A model generated the notes under the pieces. It worked only from the letters and a program-made list of their open reading frames with translations. It made no database searches and was not told where the DNA came from. The translations under genes were made by a program, and so were the position numbers. From assembly GCA_036769985.1 (NCBI GenBank), contig DAIPKA010000019.1:24843-88842 (forward strand): a DNA stretch of 64,000 bases, given 5' to 3'. This document shows, piece by piece, positions 1-8,851 of the stretch (its first letter is position 1; every line of letters begins with the position of its first letter). The DNA comes from Candidatus Hydrogenedentota bacterium. GTDB lineage: Bacteria; Hydrogenedentota; Hydrogenedentia; Hydrogenedentales; SLHB01.

Positions 1-108
1 GGCCCAGATAAACAACACCGGACTCAGAACCACCGCGAGCACGCTCGCCAACAGCGATCCCGCGGCCACCAGCGGCACACCCAACGCCAACGAGAAGTCC
101 TTCTCCAT
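1..108 (-). CDS. partial CDS: first 36 codons of a membrane protein running off the left edge
   Basis: The reverse complement of 1..108 reads ATG at 108..106, then MEKDFSLALGVPLVAAGSLLASVLAVVLSPVLFIWA with no stop. This is one hydrophobic helix. A GGAG-like RBS lies just upstream (reverse complement of 109..125 = gagggagattccggag). The ORF is not in the track because its stop lies outside the window. Confidence 0.4.
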   Translation of the reverse strand, partial: MEKDFSLALGVPLVAAGSLLASVLAVVLSPVLFIWA

Positions 109-363
109 CTCCGGAATCTCCCTCTGAGGTCTTCGCCTCGTTACCCAACCTACTGGCCACGGACATCGTAGAGCACCGGAAGTGCCGTGTCAAGCATCTT
201 CGGGTCCGGCCCGAACAAACCATTGGACAGCACGTGTCCGGACTCGCTAGACTGCCCGGCAGCCCTGTGGGGTCTCCCTTTCTGCGCATGCCGAGGCGCG
301 ATCGGGGCAACCATCGGGCCTTGCACCATAGCCCCAGTCACTCGCAGTCGAGCACGAACGGTG

Positions 364-1116
364 ATGCCCATGAAACGCCTGTCCCTCTTGACAGTCCTGA
401 TGAGCATGGCCTGCCCGGCGTTCGCGCAGGAGATCCGCTGCCCGGGCGCCTACGGCGGCCATCTCCAGGGCGTGGCCGCCGACGCCAACGGGAACATCTA
501 CTGGTCTTTCACCCTTGCCTTGGTGAAAACCGACGCGCAGGGAAAGCTCCTCAAGAAAACCACCGTTCCCGCCCACCATGGCGACCTCTGGACCGACGGC
601 AACACCGTGTACGCGGCGGTCAACCACCCCGCACCCAGCGGTGGCCCCGGCGCAAGAGACTCCTACATCTGCGCCTACAGGACAGACGACCTCTCCCTCC
701 TGTGGAAGAAGGCGATTCCCGAAGTCGTCCACGGCGCGGGCGGCATTGCCATGCGCGACGGCCACTTCTTCGTGGTCAGCGGCCGTCTCTTGAAGAGCCA
801 GGACGAGAATGACATCTACGAGTACGACGCCGACGGCGTCTTCATCAAGCGGCACGTGCTCGAGAGTGGCCACACCCACCTCGGCATCCAAACCATGGCC
901 TACGCCGACGACGCCTGGTGGTTCGGCTGCTACGGCGATCCCCCCGAGACCCTCCGCGCGAGTGAAGACCTCACCTTTCAGCAGAGATTCGCCTACGATT
1001 GCACCCTCGGCATCGCCCCGATCCCAGGCGGCGGCTTCTACATCGGCCGCGGCGACAAGAATGAGGAACGCCAACATACCGGGTGGGTAATCAAGATCGA
1101 CCGGCTACTCCCGTGA
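364..1116 (+). CDS. hypothetical secreted protein
   Basis: ORF 187..1116 trimmed to ATG 364, giving a signal-peptide-like start (MPMKRLSLLTVLMSMACPAFAQE). No family recognised. Repetitive G/D/W/Y-rich segments suggest a beta-rich fold. Confidence 0.55.
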   Translation: MPMKRLSLLTVLMSMACPAFAQEIRCPGAYGGHLQGVAADANGNIYWSFTLALVKTDAQGKLLKKTTVPAHHGDLWTDGNTVYAAVNHPAPSGGPGARDSYICAYRTDDLSLLWKKAIPEVVHGAGGIAMRDGHFFVVSGRLLKSQDENDIYEYDADGVFIKRHVLESGHTHLGIQTMAYADDAWWFGCYGDPPETLRASEDLTFQQRFAYDCTLGIAPIPGGGFYIGRGDKNEERQHTGWVIKIDRLLP

Positions 1117-1136
1117 GCTGCAACAACACGGGGGCC

Positions 1137-3155
1137 TCACGGGCATTGCGCCAGGGCATCCGCTGAGAGCGGCACGTGAACCGTCTCGGCGGGGGCGTCG
1201 CCTACCTGGACGCGCACATTGACGCTGTCGGCGGTCTCGGACTCGATGGCCGCCGTAACGCTCGGCACAACGCCTTTGGCGGGCACGATCACCCACGCGA
1301 AGGAGATCGAGGCGTCGATGGTGGCCGTGTAGGCAACGCACGGACTGGGTTCCTTGAGGTTGTACTCGCGGCTCCACCAGCCCTGAATCGACGGCGTCTC
1401 GCGCCCCTTGATGATCTCGACGTTCCAATCAAGCGCCGACGCGGGCTGGATCCGAACGTTGCCCTGGCCCTCGTCCGTCGAGACGGCCTGCCCGTCCTCG
1501 ACCGCGACGGTGCACGTGGGATGGAAATGCCAGAGTGGCTGGATCGTCCTCGGGCGATCCGTGTCGATGCGGTCGACTACGACCCAGTACCGGCCGCGCA
1601 GGTAGGCCACGGCCCGCGTGTGCGCAACCTGGCCCTCGACGTCCGAGAAGGATCCGTCGAAGGCGCCGAAGGCGAGGTCCATCTCAGGCGAGAGGCGGTA
1701 CTGACCGGTGACGGGCGCTTCCGCCTCGTAGGCATGCGGCCGCTGACCGTTACCGTCCACGAGCACGAGGTTATGGCTCGCCGACCCGACAAAATAGTCA
1801 CGCCACGGCCCGCCCACATACGTGAACCGACCGCCGTCCACCAAGATGTCGCGTCCGTACGCCGACACGGAGAGATGGAGCTTGTCGAAGTGTCGGTGGC
1901 CGCTGCCCATGGGCCCAATGTCGAAGAAGGCCCAGTGCGCGTCGGCATCCCATCCACTGCGCATCACAACCTGCCCGGCCCACGGAAACACGACCGACGG
2001 CAGTCCCTCGGGCGGTGTGCCTTCGGCGCCGTTGGTGGCAATGTATGTCCAGTCGGGTCGCGCGAACCGCTCGACCTGGGCCAGCACCTCGGGCCGCGTG
2101 AAATCCAGATCCGAATCATTGTTCATGGGGCCGAATCCGCTTGGCCGCATGGCGTAGGCCAGATAACCGTACATCGGCTCGAGCCCTTTCTTATAGGCCT
2201 CGGGCAGGGGCCGTCCTGCGCGCTCGGCGAGGGCTTGGAAGTCGTCGAACTTGCGCAGGGCAACGCGGTGATAGTGGGACGTGAGTTCTTTCTGTACGCC
2301 GTCCGGATACACTTGGGCCGTGATTTCGGGCGCCATCCGATTGAACGCATAGGTGAACCACGCGTCGGCGTCGCGGAACTCGGGCCAACAAGCGCCTGCC
2401 GTGGCCGCTCCGGACAACTCCATGGTGATCCAATTGCCGCCGCTCGCATGGAAGCTCACGTTGTAGTGGGCGTGGTCCGGAACGCTCGAGAGCATGAGGA
2501 TGCGCAGGGCCGGCGTGAATTCAGGCACATTCTGGAGACCGAAGAACACCGCCGGCCAAACGTGGGCGATCCGGAAGAACACCTCGAGGCCGCGCCACTG
2601 CGGCGTGTTGCTCTTCTCTCCGGGATAGGGACTCGACACAATCCAGTCCGACAACATACGGTTCAGGCCCCGGATGTAGTCGCGGTTGCCCGTCAAGCGA
2701 TAGGTATCGAAAAGCGTCGTGACCCAGAACTGCCGGTTGATGCCCCAGCCCCACTCGAGATCGCCATCCGGACCGTTGTAGGTCCAATCAAGACCGCCGT
2801 CGGCCCGTCGAGGAACCCGCGCGGTCAGGCGGTAGGCCGAGAAGGTGCCGTCGAGTATCGCGTCCGCCGACTCGACGCGTCCCTCTCCTTCGGCCACGGC
2901 CTCGATCCGCAGCCATCCCGCCGTCGCGGCGCCTTCGTAGTACGCGAGCAGGGCCGTGCAGGCTGCCGGCTCATCGCCGGCCTCGAACGCCGCCTTCACG
3001 GCCTCGAGTCCCGGATAGTCCAGGTTCAGCGCATCGAAAAGATGCTCCACGCGCTCGGGGTACTGCGCGCAGACGGCCTCGACACTCCTGAGCTCCGCCG
3101 CTTCCGACGCCTGAACACCAAGGCAATGCGTCACCAAGAGAATCCCTGCCACCAT
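1137..3155 (-). CDS. heparinase II/III-like polysaccharide lyase family protein
   Basis: 672-aa ORF with a signal-like N-terminus (MVAGILLVTHCLGVQA). The C-terminal half carries the heparinase II/III-type region GPMGSGHRHFDKLHLSVSAYGRDILVDGG. The antisense ORF 1176..3218 is a shadow. Confidence 0.7.
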   Translation of the reverse strand: MVAGILLVTHCLGVQASEAAELRSVEAVCAQYPERVEHLFDALNLDYPGLEAVKAAFEAGDEPAACTALLAYYEGAATAGWLRIEAVAEGEGRVESADAILDGTFSAYRLTARVPRRADGGLDWTYNGPDGDLEWGWGINRQFWVTTLFDTYRLTGNRDYIRGLNRMLSDWIVSSPYPGEKSNTPQWRGLEVFFRIAHVWPAVFFGLQNVPEFTPALRILMLSSVPDHAHYNVSFHASGGNWITMELSGAATAGACWPEFRDADAWFTYAFNRMAPEITAQVYPDGVQKELTSHYHRVALRKFDDFQALAERAGRPLPEAYKKGLEPMYGYLAYAMRPSGFGPMNNDSDLDFTRPEVLAQVERFARPDWTYIATNGAEGTPPEGLPSVVFPWAGQVVMRSGWDADAHWAFFDIGPMGSGHRHFDKLHLSVSAYGRDILVDGGRFTYVGGPWRDYFVGSASHNLVLVDGNGQRPHAYEAEAPVTGQYRLSPEMDLAFGAFDGSFSDVEGQVAHTRAVAYLRGRYWVVVDRIDTDRPRTIQPLWHFHPTCTVAVEDGQAVSTDEGQGNVRIQPASALDWNVEIIKGRETPSIQGWWSREYNLKEPSPCVAYTATIDASISFAWVIVPAKGVVPSVTAAIESETADSVNVRVQVGDAPAETVHVPLSADALAQCP

Positions 3156-3197
3156 GCTCTCGACCCCTTCCCATCACGACTCAAGCCTACAACACCT

Positions 3198-3238
3198 AGG
3201 GCGGGAACAGCCCCTTGACATGGGGCCGTTCCCGCCCT
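3198..3238 (-). terminator. GC-rich hairpin downstream of the outer-membrane barrel gene
   Basis: agggcgggaacagcccc / ggggccgttcccgccct pair at 16 of 17 positions around the loop ttgacat. The hairpin sits about 28 nt past the stop at 3266. There is no clear U-tract. Confidence 0.45.
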
Positions 3239-3265
3239 GGTCAATCCGTCATCACGTCGATATCG

Positions 3266-4810
3266 CTAGAACTTCAACACCGCACCCGCATACACGTAAT
3301 CGGCATCTTCATCATCCGTGCCGCCCGTGAACAGCAGGCCGTTGAATCGCGAGTACTGGCCGTCCGTGAGGCCGTCATCCGCGAAAAGATGCGCCCACCC
3401 CAGCTCGAAGGTGAGATCTTCGCTGTACTGATACCACACGAAGAGGTCGGTCTCGACGCCCAACGACGCATCGTTCTCTTCCGTCCAGAAGCTGAACGGC
3501 GTCGGAATCCGCCACGGGCCCACATCCAGCGTCCACGGCGCATCGAACTCGTCCACAGCCTCGAAATACGACACCATGAGCAGAACACGCAGTTTCTCGA
3601 CCGGCGAGGCCAGCGCCCCCACCCGGCCAATCCACGCGTTGGAAAGGTCATTGGTCAGATCGAAGAAACCGCTGTAGATCTGATTCGAGAACAGGCGGTT
3701 GAAGCTGACGCTCGCCTTAGGACTATCAAACGGATTCAGCCACTCCAAGAAGCTGATGTCGCGGTTGTCCTCGCCATCCAAGTAAATCACGCCGGCGAAC
3801 AGCCGAGGCTTGCAGGTATAGTCGAACGAATAGCCGACCTCGACCGTACCGCCGAAGGTGTCGAAGTCCGCATCGTCATCGCCATAGACGGCCGGCTTGA
3901 AGAGGAAGCCCTGCTGGGCCGCCTCGCCGAACTGATACGAAACCTCCGCGTTGTAGTCGAAACCGCCGATGACGCCCGCCCCGCGCAGGCCGACCGTGTG
4001 AAGCTGCGTCGCGTCGTAGTCATCGACACCCAACAGATTCTCGATCCAATCCATGCCAGCCGTGTCGTTGAGACCCGCCGCGTCGCGCACATACATCCAG
4101 TACGCATCCAGCGTGAGGTTCTCGACACCGGTGTAGCTTCCATACACGCCATAGAAATCCGTGTCGCCGTCCTGCTCAAGGGGACTCAGCTCCGCCAGCT
4201 TGCTGGCCCACGCGTCGACGGTGAAATCCTCGCCGGCATAGGTCAACCGAACCGCGTCAAACGACAAGCCCGTGAAGAAGAACGCGAAATCGCCCGTGCC
4301 CACCAGCCACTGGCTGCCAAACGCCAGCTCCTGGCGGCCCAGGCGCAACCGCAACGGCTGGCCCCACATCTCATTGGCCTCGACATAAGACTGAAACACC
4401 TCGACGTCGTCATTTGAGACGGCGGCCCGGTCCACGCCCGTGACGTAGTTCGAGCGGAAATCCTGGCCCCACCAATCGTAGCTATCCAACTCGACAAACG
4501 CGCACACGGAATCCGTGAAATCGGCTTTCACATGCAGCCGCGTCCGGTGCTCGACAAACTTCATGTCCGGCGTATTCCCCCCGTCCCAATCCCAGGCGCT
4601 CAGTACGTTGTTGCCGGCTCCCCCGATGGGACGTCCGACGAGCAATGCGCCCGGCCATCGCACTTGCGGCGCCGCCGTGAGGCAGTCGCTGATATAGTTG
4701 CCGCGCAGGCGAATCTCGCCGCCCACCTCGACGTTCTGCAGCTCGGCAAAGGCCGGCCACACCGTCAACACACACGACAGCACCATCAGACACAACACTC
4801 GTCTTCGCAT
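3266..4810 (-). CDS. outer-membrane beta-barrel protein, alginate-export (AlgE)-like
   Basis: ORF 3266..5116 trimmed to ATG 4810, giving the signal peptide MRRRVLCLMVLSCVLTVWPAFA. It has an amphipathic Y/G/D-rich strand pattern. The N-terminal GGEIRLRGNY resembles alginate-export porins. The C-terminal ...YAGAVLKF ends in an aromatic residue, as is typical of OM barrels. Confidence 0.6.
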   Translation of the reverse strand: MRRRVLCLMVLSCVLTVWPAFAELQNVEVGGEIRLRGNYISDCLTAAPQVRWPGALLVGRPIGGAGNNVLSAWDWDGGNTPDMKFVEHRTRLHVKADFTDSVCAFVELDSYDWWGQDFRSNYVTGVDRAAVSNDDVEVFQSYVEANEMWGQPLRLRLGRQELAFGSQWLVGTGDFAFFFTGLSFDAVRLTYAGEDFTVDAWASKLAELSPLEQDGDTDFYGVYGSYTGVENLTLDAYWMYVRDAAGLNDTAGMDWIENLLGVDDYDATQLHTVGLRGAGVIGGFDYNAEVSYQFGEAAQQGFLFKPAVYGDDDADFDTFGGTVEVGYSFDYTCKPRLFAGVIYLDGEDNRDISFLEWLNPFDSPKASVSFNRLFSNQIYSGFFDLTNDLSNAWIGRVGALASPVEKLRVLLMVSYFEAVDEFDAPWTLDVGPWRIPTPFSFWTEENDASLGVETDLFVWYQYSEDLTFELGWAHLFADDGLTDGQYSRFNGLLFTGGTDDEDADYVYAGAVLKF

Positions 4811-5141
4811 GGGTCCCAATCCTTTCCTTTTCAGAACTCCACCCGGTCCCTTGTGCGCCCTCCGGCATCCCAGAAACCCCGACACCGAACTACCCCGGCT
4901 GCCTGCCTCCGGACAGACAAGCCGCGGATACTGCGCAACTGAGGCGCAATCTATCACATCGCCTGTCTCGTTGCAAGGAGTTTTGTGCGAACTCGGCCGA
5001 CGATCCGAAGCCCCCCCCCACGCCCATGCTCCTATTCCGAACCGCCGGAACAGGCATGGGGCCCGTTCAAGGCATTTGCACGACCTTGAACGAGCCCCAT
5101 CCGCACTGTGGAACAACGTCGGAGTGAGAAAAGGACAAACC

Positions 5142-6005
5142 TCAGATCCCGAAGATATCCAATCCGACGAGCTTCCACTCGCCGGCCAGTCGGCCCAAGT
5201 AGAGCGTCAACGTAGCTTTGCCAAACGTGCCCTCGGCGTCGATCGGCTTGACCGTAGCCTTCGAGCCGTCATCCTCGAACGACACGACCGCGTCCTGGGC
5301 GGTTACCTCCATACCGTCGAGGTAACCCATGTCGGCCGCCATGATGAGAAACTGCTTGAGACCTTGCTTGTCACCATACTCATAATGATTGAAGCCGTCA
5401 GCCACGGCCGTCATCGCACCCTCGATGTCCTTCGCTATCAACTGAGCGCTGAACCCCTCGATGCCCTTCCGGATGGTCGCTTCATCCGAAACCGCCTCGG
5501 CGGCCTCGACCGCCGCCGGTGCGGCTTCCGCGTCAACCTTCGGTTCCGATTTCGGCGCCAACGCGTCCCGAACGCGTGACGCAACCGCGTCGAAATCCGT
5601 CACCACGAGGTAAAGCTGCGCCTGCTCCGAAGCACTCAGCACCGATCCCGCCTCGCGGATCGCGTCCTGTTTGGCCGTCAGGATCCGGCGGTCAACCTCC
5701 ATCAACGCATTCAGCTTGCCCGTCAGATCGTAGCCGGCCTGTCCGCCGGCAACCGCTTGCTCGATCTCGGCCTTCAGCGCCCCATGCTCTTCTTCCAGCG
5801 CGTCCATGGCCTCACGGTATTGGCGGTATCCCGCGAACACGTCCGCCATCGCGTACGAATCCAGTTTCGCTTGCTGCACCAACCGAAGCAGCAGCAACTG
5901 CTCGATCGCCTGATTCGGGTCTTCCTCGATACCGAACTGCGCCGACGCCATCGCCGCCGACAGAACTGCCGCCACAATCATCGCTGCAATGCACCACAAC
6001 CGCAT
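5142..6005 (-). CDS. hypothetical periplasmic protein
   Basis: ORF 5142..6032; the likely start is ATG 6005 (MRLWCIAAMIVAAVLSAAMASAQ signal peptide). The N-terminal half is helical and coiled; the C-terminal half resembles a small alpha+beta domain. No family recognised. Confidence 0.5.
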   Translation of the reverse strand: MRLWCIAAMIVAAVLSAAMASAQFGIEEDPNQAIEQLLLLRLVQQAKLDSYAMADVFAGYRQYREAMDALEEEHGALKAEIEQAVAGGQAGYDLTGKLNALMEVDRRILTAKQDAIREAGSVLSASEQAQLYLVVTDFDAVASRVRDALAPKSEPKVDAEAAPAAVEAAEAVSDEATIRKGIEGFSAQLIAKDIEGAMTAVADGFNHYEYGDKQGLKQFLIMAADMGYLDGMEVTAQDAVVSFEDDGSKATVKPIDAEGTFGKATLTLYLGRLAGEWKLVGLDIFGI

Positions 6006-6236
6006 GCTCTTACTCCTTCTCGTTAGATCCATCGTTCATGACGTAGCCCACCGGGCCTCTTCTGGCGCCATGGGATTCGACTCGCCCTGCGTCCGGATCG
6101 TTTCAACGAATGTGCGCGTGCACCAGGATCGGTGCTCGAAAGGATGAAAGGACGAGCGGAAACGATGGATCTCGGGTTCCGCCGCACGCGCCCGAACCTG
6201 TTCCATCCGGGCGATTCGAGACAAATGCGGGACGGA

Positions 6237-7559
6237 CTACTCGCCGTAGAGGTACTCGTTCAGCAGGTTCTCAAGCATTTCCTGTCGGCCGCTTGCCACC
6301 GGTGGCTCGCCGTGGGCCAGGACGTAGGCTTCGAGTTCCTCGAATCCCAGCGCCCCCTTCTCGATGTCCGCCCCGATACCGCTATCCCACCCACGGTAGC
6401 GATTGGCCACGAACTTCTCGAAGGTCCGGCCCTTGATCATCTTCGCCGCGATCTTCAGGCCGCGCGCAAAGGCGTCCATGCCCCCGATATGCGCGTGGAA
6501 CAGGTCAACGGGATCGATCGATTGCCGACGCACCTTCGCGTCGAAGTTCAGGCCGCCCGTGCTGAAGCCCCCGGATCGAAGAATGGTATGCATCGCCAAC
6601 GCGCAATCGTAGAGATCCGTCGGGAACTGGTCCGTATCCCAGCCCAGCAGATAATCGCCTCGGTTGGCATCCACCGAACCCAGGATCCCGTTGGCGGCGG
6701 CAAACTCGAGCTCATGAACAAACGTATGCCCCGCCAACGTCGCATGGTTGGCCTCGATGTTCAGTTTGAAGTCGTCGACAAGTCCGTACTTCTGCAAGAA
6801 GGCATAGCAACTTGCCGCATCGAAGTCGTACTGGTGTTTCGTCGGCTCCTTCGGCTTGGGCTCAATGTAGAACTGCCCGGTAAACGGGATCTTCTTCTTG
6901 TACTCCACCGCCATCCGGAGGAACTGGCCCAGATGGTCCAGCTCACGCCTCATATCTGTATTCAGAAGCGTTTCGTATCCCTCGCGTCCCCCCCAGAATA
7001 CATATCCAGCCCCGCCCAGTTCCGCCGTCACCTCGAGCGCTTTCTTCACCTGAGCCGCCGCGTACGCGAATACCTCGGGAAACGGGCTTGTCGCCGCGCC
7101 CGACATGTACCGGCGGTCAGCAAACAGACACGCCGTGCCCCACAGTAGCCTCAAACCGGTATCATCCTGAAGCTTCTTGGCCCGTCGGACCATAGCATCC
7201 AGGTTGCGGTTCGCCTCCACCAGCGTGCCGCCGGCCGGCGCGATGTCGCGGTCGTGGAAACACCAGAACCCCACCCCAAGCTTCGTGAAGAACTCAAAGG
7301 CCGCCTCGAGCGTCATCTCGGCCACCCGTAGCGGATCCGACGAACGCGTATAGCCCCGCTCGAAGATTGCCGGGCCGAACATGTCTTGGCCCATGCCCTT
7401 GAAAGTGTGCCAATAGCAGACGGAGAACCGCAAGTGTTCGGCCATAGTCTTCCCAAGAATGCGCTGCTTCGGATTGTAGTGTTTGAACGCCAGCGGATTC
7501 TTGGAGTCCGGCCCCTCATAGGCAATGGCCTTCACTTCTGGAAAGAACTCGGTCATCAC
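6237..7559 (-). CDS. xylA: xylose isomerase
   Basis: 440-aa ORF starting MMTEFFPEVKAIAYEGPDSKNPLAFKHYNP. It shows full-length resemblance to class II XylA, including FHDRD, WGGREGY and IEPKPKEPTKHQYDFD. Confidence 0.93.
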   Translation of the reverse strand: MMTEFFPEVKAIAYEGPDSKNPLAFKHYNPKQRILGKTMAEHLRFSVCYWHTFKGMGQDMFGPAIFERGYTRSSDPLRVAEMTLEAAFEFFTKLGVGFWCFHDRDIAPAGGTLVEANRNLDAMVRRAKKLQDDTGLRLLWGTACLFADRRYMSGAATSPFPEVFAYAAAQVKKALEVTAELGGAGYVFWGGREGYETLLNTDMRRELDHLGQFLRMAVEYKKKIPFTGQFYIEPKPKEPTKHQYDFDAASCYAFLQKYGLVDDFKLNIEANHATLAGHTFVHELEFAAANGILGSVDANRGDYLLGWDTDQFPTDLYDCALAMHTILRSGGFSTGGLNFDAKVRRQSIDPVDLFHAHIGGMDAFARGLKIAAKMIKGRTFEKFVANRYRGWDSGIGADIEKGALGFEELEAYVLAHGEPPVASGRQEMLENLLNEYLYGE

Positions 7560-7821
7560 GGCATCTCCTGTTATGTACGGTCGCTCCCCACGGCGCGAAG
7601 TATAGCACGGTCGCGGACGCGAGGGAAAACGGACGAAGCCGCGTCCTTGAGGCGCCTCCGCTCATGGAGACGCCGCCGGAACGAAGCAACGGAATCGCCT
7701 GCTTAGTGGGGCATCGAGGTTTTAGTAGGATTCTTATTTAGATCACATATAAATACACGAGACCGCCCCAGAAGGGTTGACTTTGGACCCAGAGATATTT
7801 TAGCCTTTTTCTTGTTCTGTC

Positions 7822-7837
7822 TGTGAAGTTATTCACA
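7822..7837. promoter_or_regulatory. CRP/FNR-family-type palindrome TGTGA-N6-TCACA upstream of the hydrogenase locus
   Basis: Exact sequence is tgtga-agttat-tcaca at 7822..7837. It lies in an AT-rich intergenic region about 105 nt upstream of ATG 7942. Confidence 0.4.
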
Positions 7838-7941
7838 GAACTTTCGGAGTTTTGTTGGCGCATGAGCTCCCACGACTCTGAAAAGTAACAAAGACTGGGC
7901 TGTTTTGGTCTGTAGCGGAAGCAAAGGGAAAGGGAAGTAAT

Positions 7942-8313
7942 ATGGCCAGAATTCTCGTAGTGGACGACGACCCGGACATCGTGGATAGCGTCCGCCTGTT
8001 CCTCGAACAGGACGGCCATGAGGTCGCCTCGGCCTCCAACCGGGACGATGGCATGGGGCAGGTCAAGTCTTTCAAACCCGACTTGCTCATCCTTGATGTC
8101 ATGATGGAACAACCCGACGATGGCATTGCCATGGCTCAGGAGCTCAGGCGCCAGGCCTTCACCGCGCCGATCCTCTTGCTGACCAGCATCAGTAAGGCCA
8201 CGGGGAGCACCTATGGCAAAGACGAAGAGATGGTGCCGGTAGACGCCTTCCAAGAGAAGCCCGTTGTGCCCGAGAAGCTGGTGGCGCTGGTGAAAGAGCT
8301 GCTCTCGAAGTAG
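7942..8313 (+). CDS. stand-alone response regulator receiver (CheY-like)
   Basis: 123 aa. Motifs: ILVVDDDPD, the phospho-acceptor context DLLILDVMM, LLTS and EKP. There is no output domain. Confidence 0.9.
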   Translation: MARILVVDDDPDIVDSVRLFLEQDGHEVASASNRDDGMGQVKSFKPDLLILDVMMEQPDDGIAMAQELRRQAFTAPILLLTSISKATGSTYGKDEEMVPVDAFQEKPVVPEKLVALVKELLSK

Positions 8314-8334
8314 GCAACCACGGAGGAAACCCGC

Positions 8335-8850
8335 ATGCTAGTTACCGAAAGAGAACGACTGAGGGAAGACATTGAGGCGTGCGTCGCCAAGCACGGCGCC
8401 CACCGCAGTGCACTGCTTCCCATCTTGCAGGACATTCACCGGCAGTCCGGCCAGGTCTCTGACTTTGCCATGCAAGTGGTGTCCGACCTCCTGGATATCC
8501 ATCCGGTCGAGGTCTATGGCGTGGTTTCGTTTTACAGCTTCCTCAACCACGAGGTGAAAGGGAAATTCGTCATCCGCCTCTGCAAAACCCTCTCGTGCGA
8601 GATGCAGGGTAAAGACCGGGTGGCACGGCAACTGAAGAACGACCTCGGCATCGACTTCGGCGAGACGACGCCGGACGGGAAGTTCACATTGGAGTGGGCA
8701 AGTTGCCTGGGCATGTGCGATCAGGGCCCGGCGATGTTGGTTAACGACCAGGTGTTCACGGGCGTAACGCCCGAGAAGGTGCATGCCATCATCGAAGGAT
8801 GCCGCCGCGTGTTCAAGCCGTACGCCACCAGCCACAAGGAGGAGCACTAG
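8335..8850 (+). CDS. NuoE-like [2Fe-2S] thioredoxin-fold subunit of an NAD(P)-linked [FeFe] hydrogenase (HydC/HndA-like)
   Basis: 171 aa with the Cys pattern CKTLSC...SCLGMCDQGP that is typical of NuoE/HydC. Confidence 0.88.
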   Translation: MLVTERERLREDIEACVAKHGAHRSALLPILQDIHRQSGQVSDFAMQVVSDLLDIHPVEVYGVVSFYSFLNHEVKGKFVIRLCKTLSCEMQGKDRVARQLKNDLGIDFGETTPDGKFTLEWASCLGMCDQGPAMLVNDQVFTGVTPEKVHAIIEGCRRVFKPYATSHKEEH

Positions 8851-8851
8851 T

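Noticed and set aside
1176-3218. Very long ORFs antisense to recognisable genes. Examples: 1176..3218 (+), 3215..4417 (+), 10038..12110 (-), 13383..15167 (-), 20893..21855 (-), 21081..22583 (+), 25609..27219 (+), 30302..31582 (-), 37354..38691 (-), 39406..40419 (-), 46355..47941 (+), 58521..59816 (+), 58579..59802 (-), 60057..61208 (-).
   Set aside because: These are typical high-GC shadow ORFs. Their translations are Arg/Pro/Gly/Ala-rich low-complexity strings with no family motifs. Each fully overlaps a gene with clear family signatures on the other strand or frame.
8783-8851. N-terminal extensions offered by the ORF track. Examples: 8783 for the NuoF-like gene, 19838 for rluB, 20878 for the MATE gene, 37114 for addA, 51109 for the permease, 61097 for the small membrane protein, 5116 for the OM barrel and 48277 for DUF5615.
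   Set aside because: The extensions overlap the preceding gene in another frame and encode Arg/Pro-rich junk. Internal ATG or GTG codons give proper N-termini (signal peptides or conserved family starts), often with stop/start overlaps.
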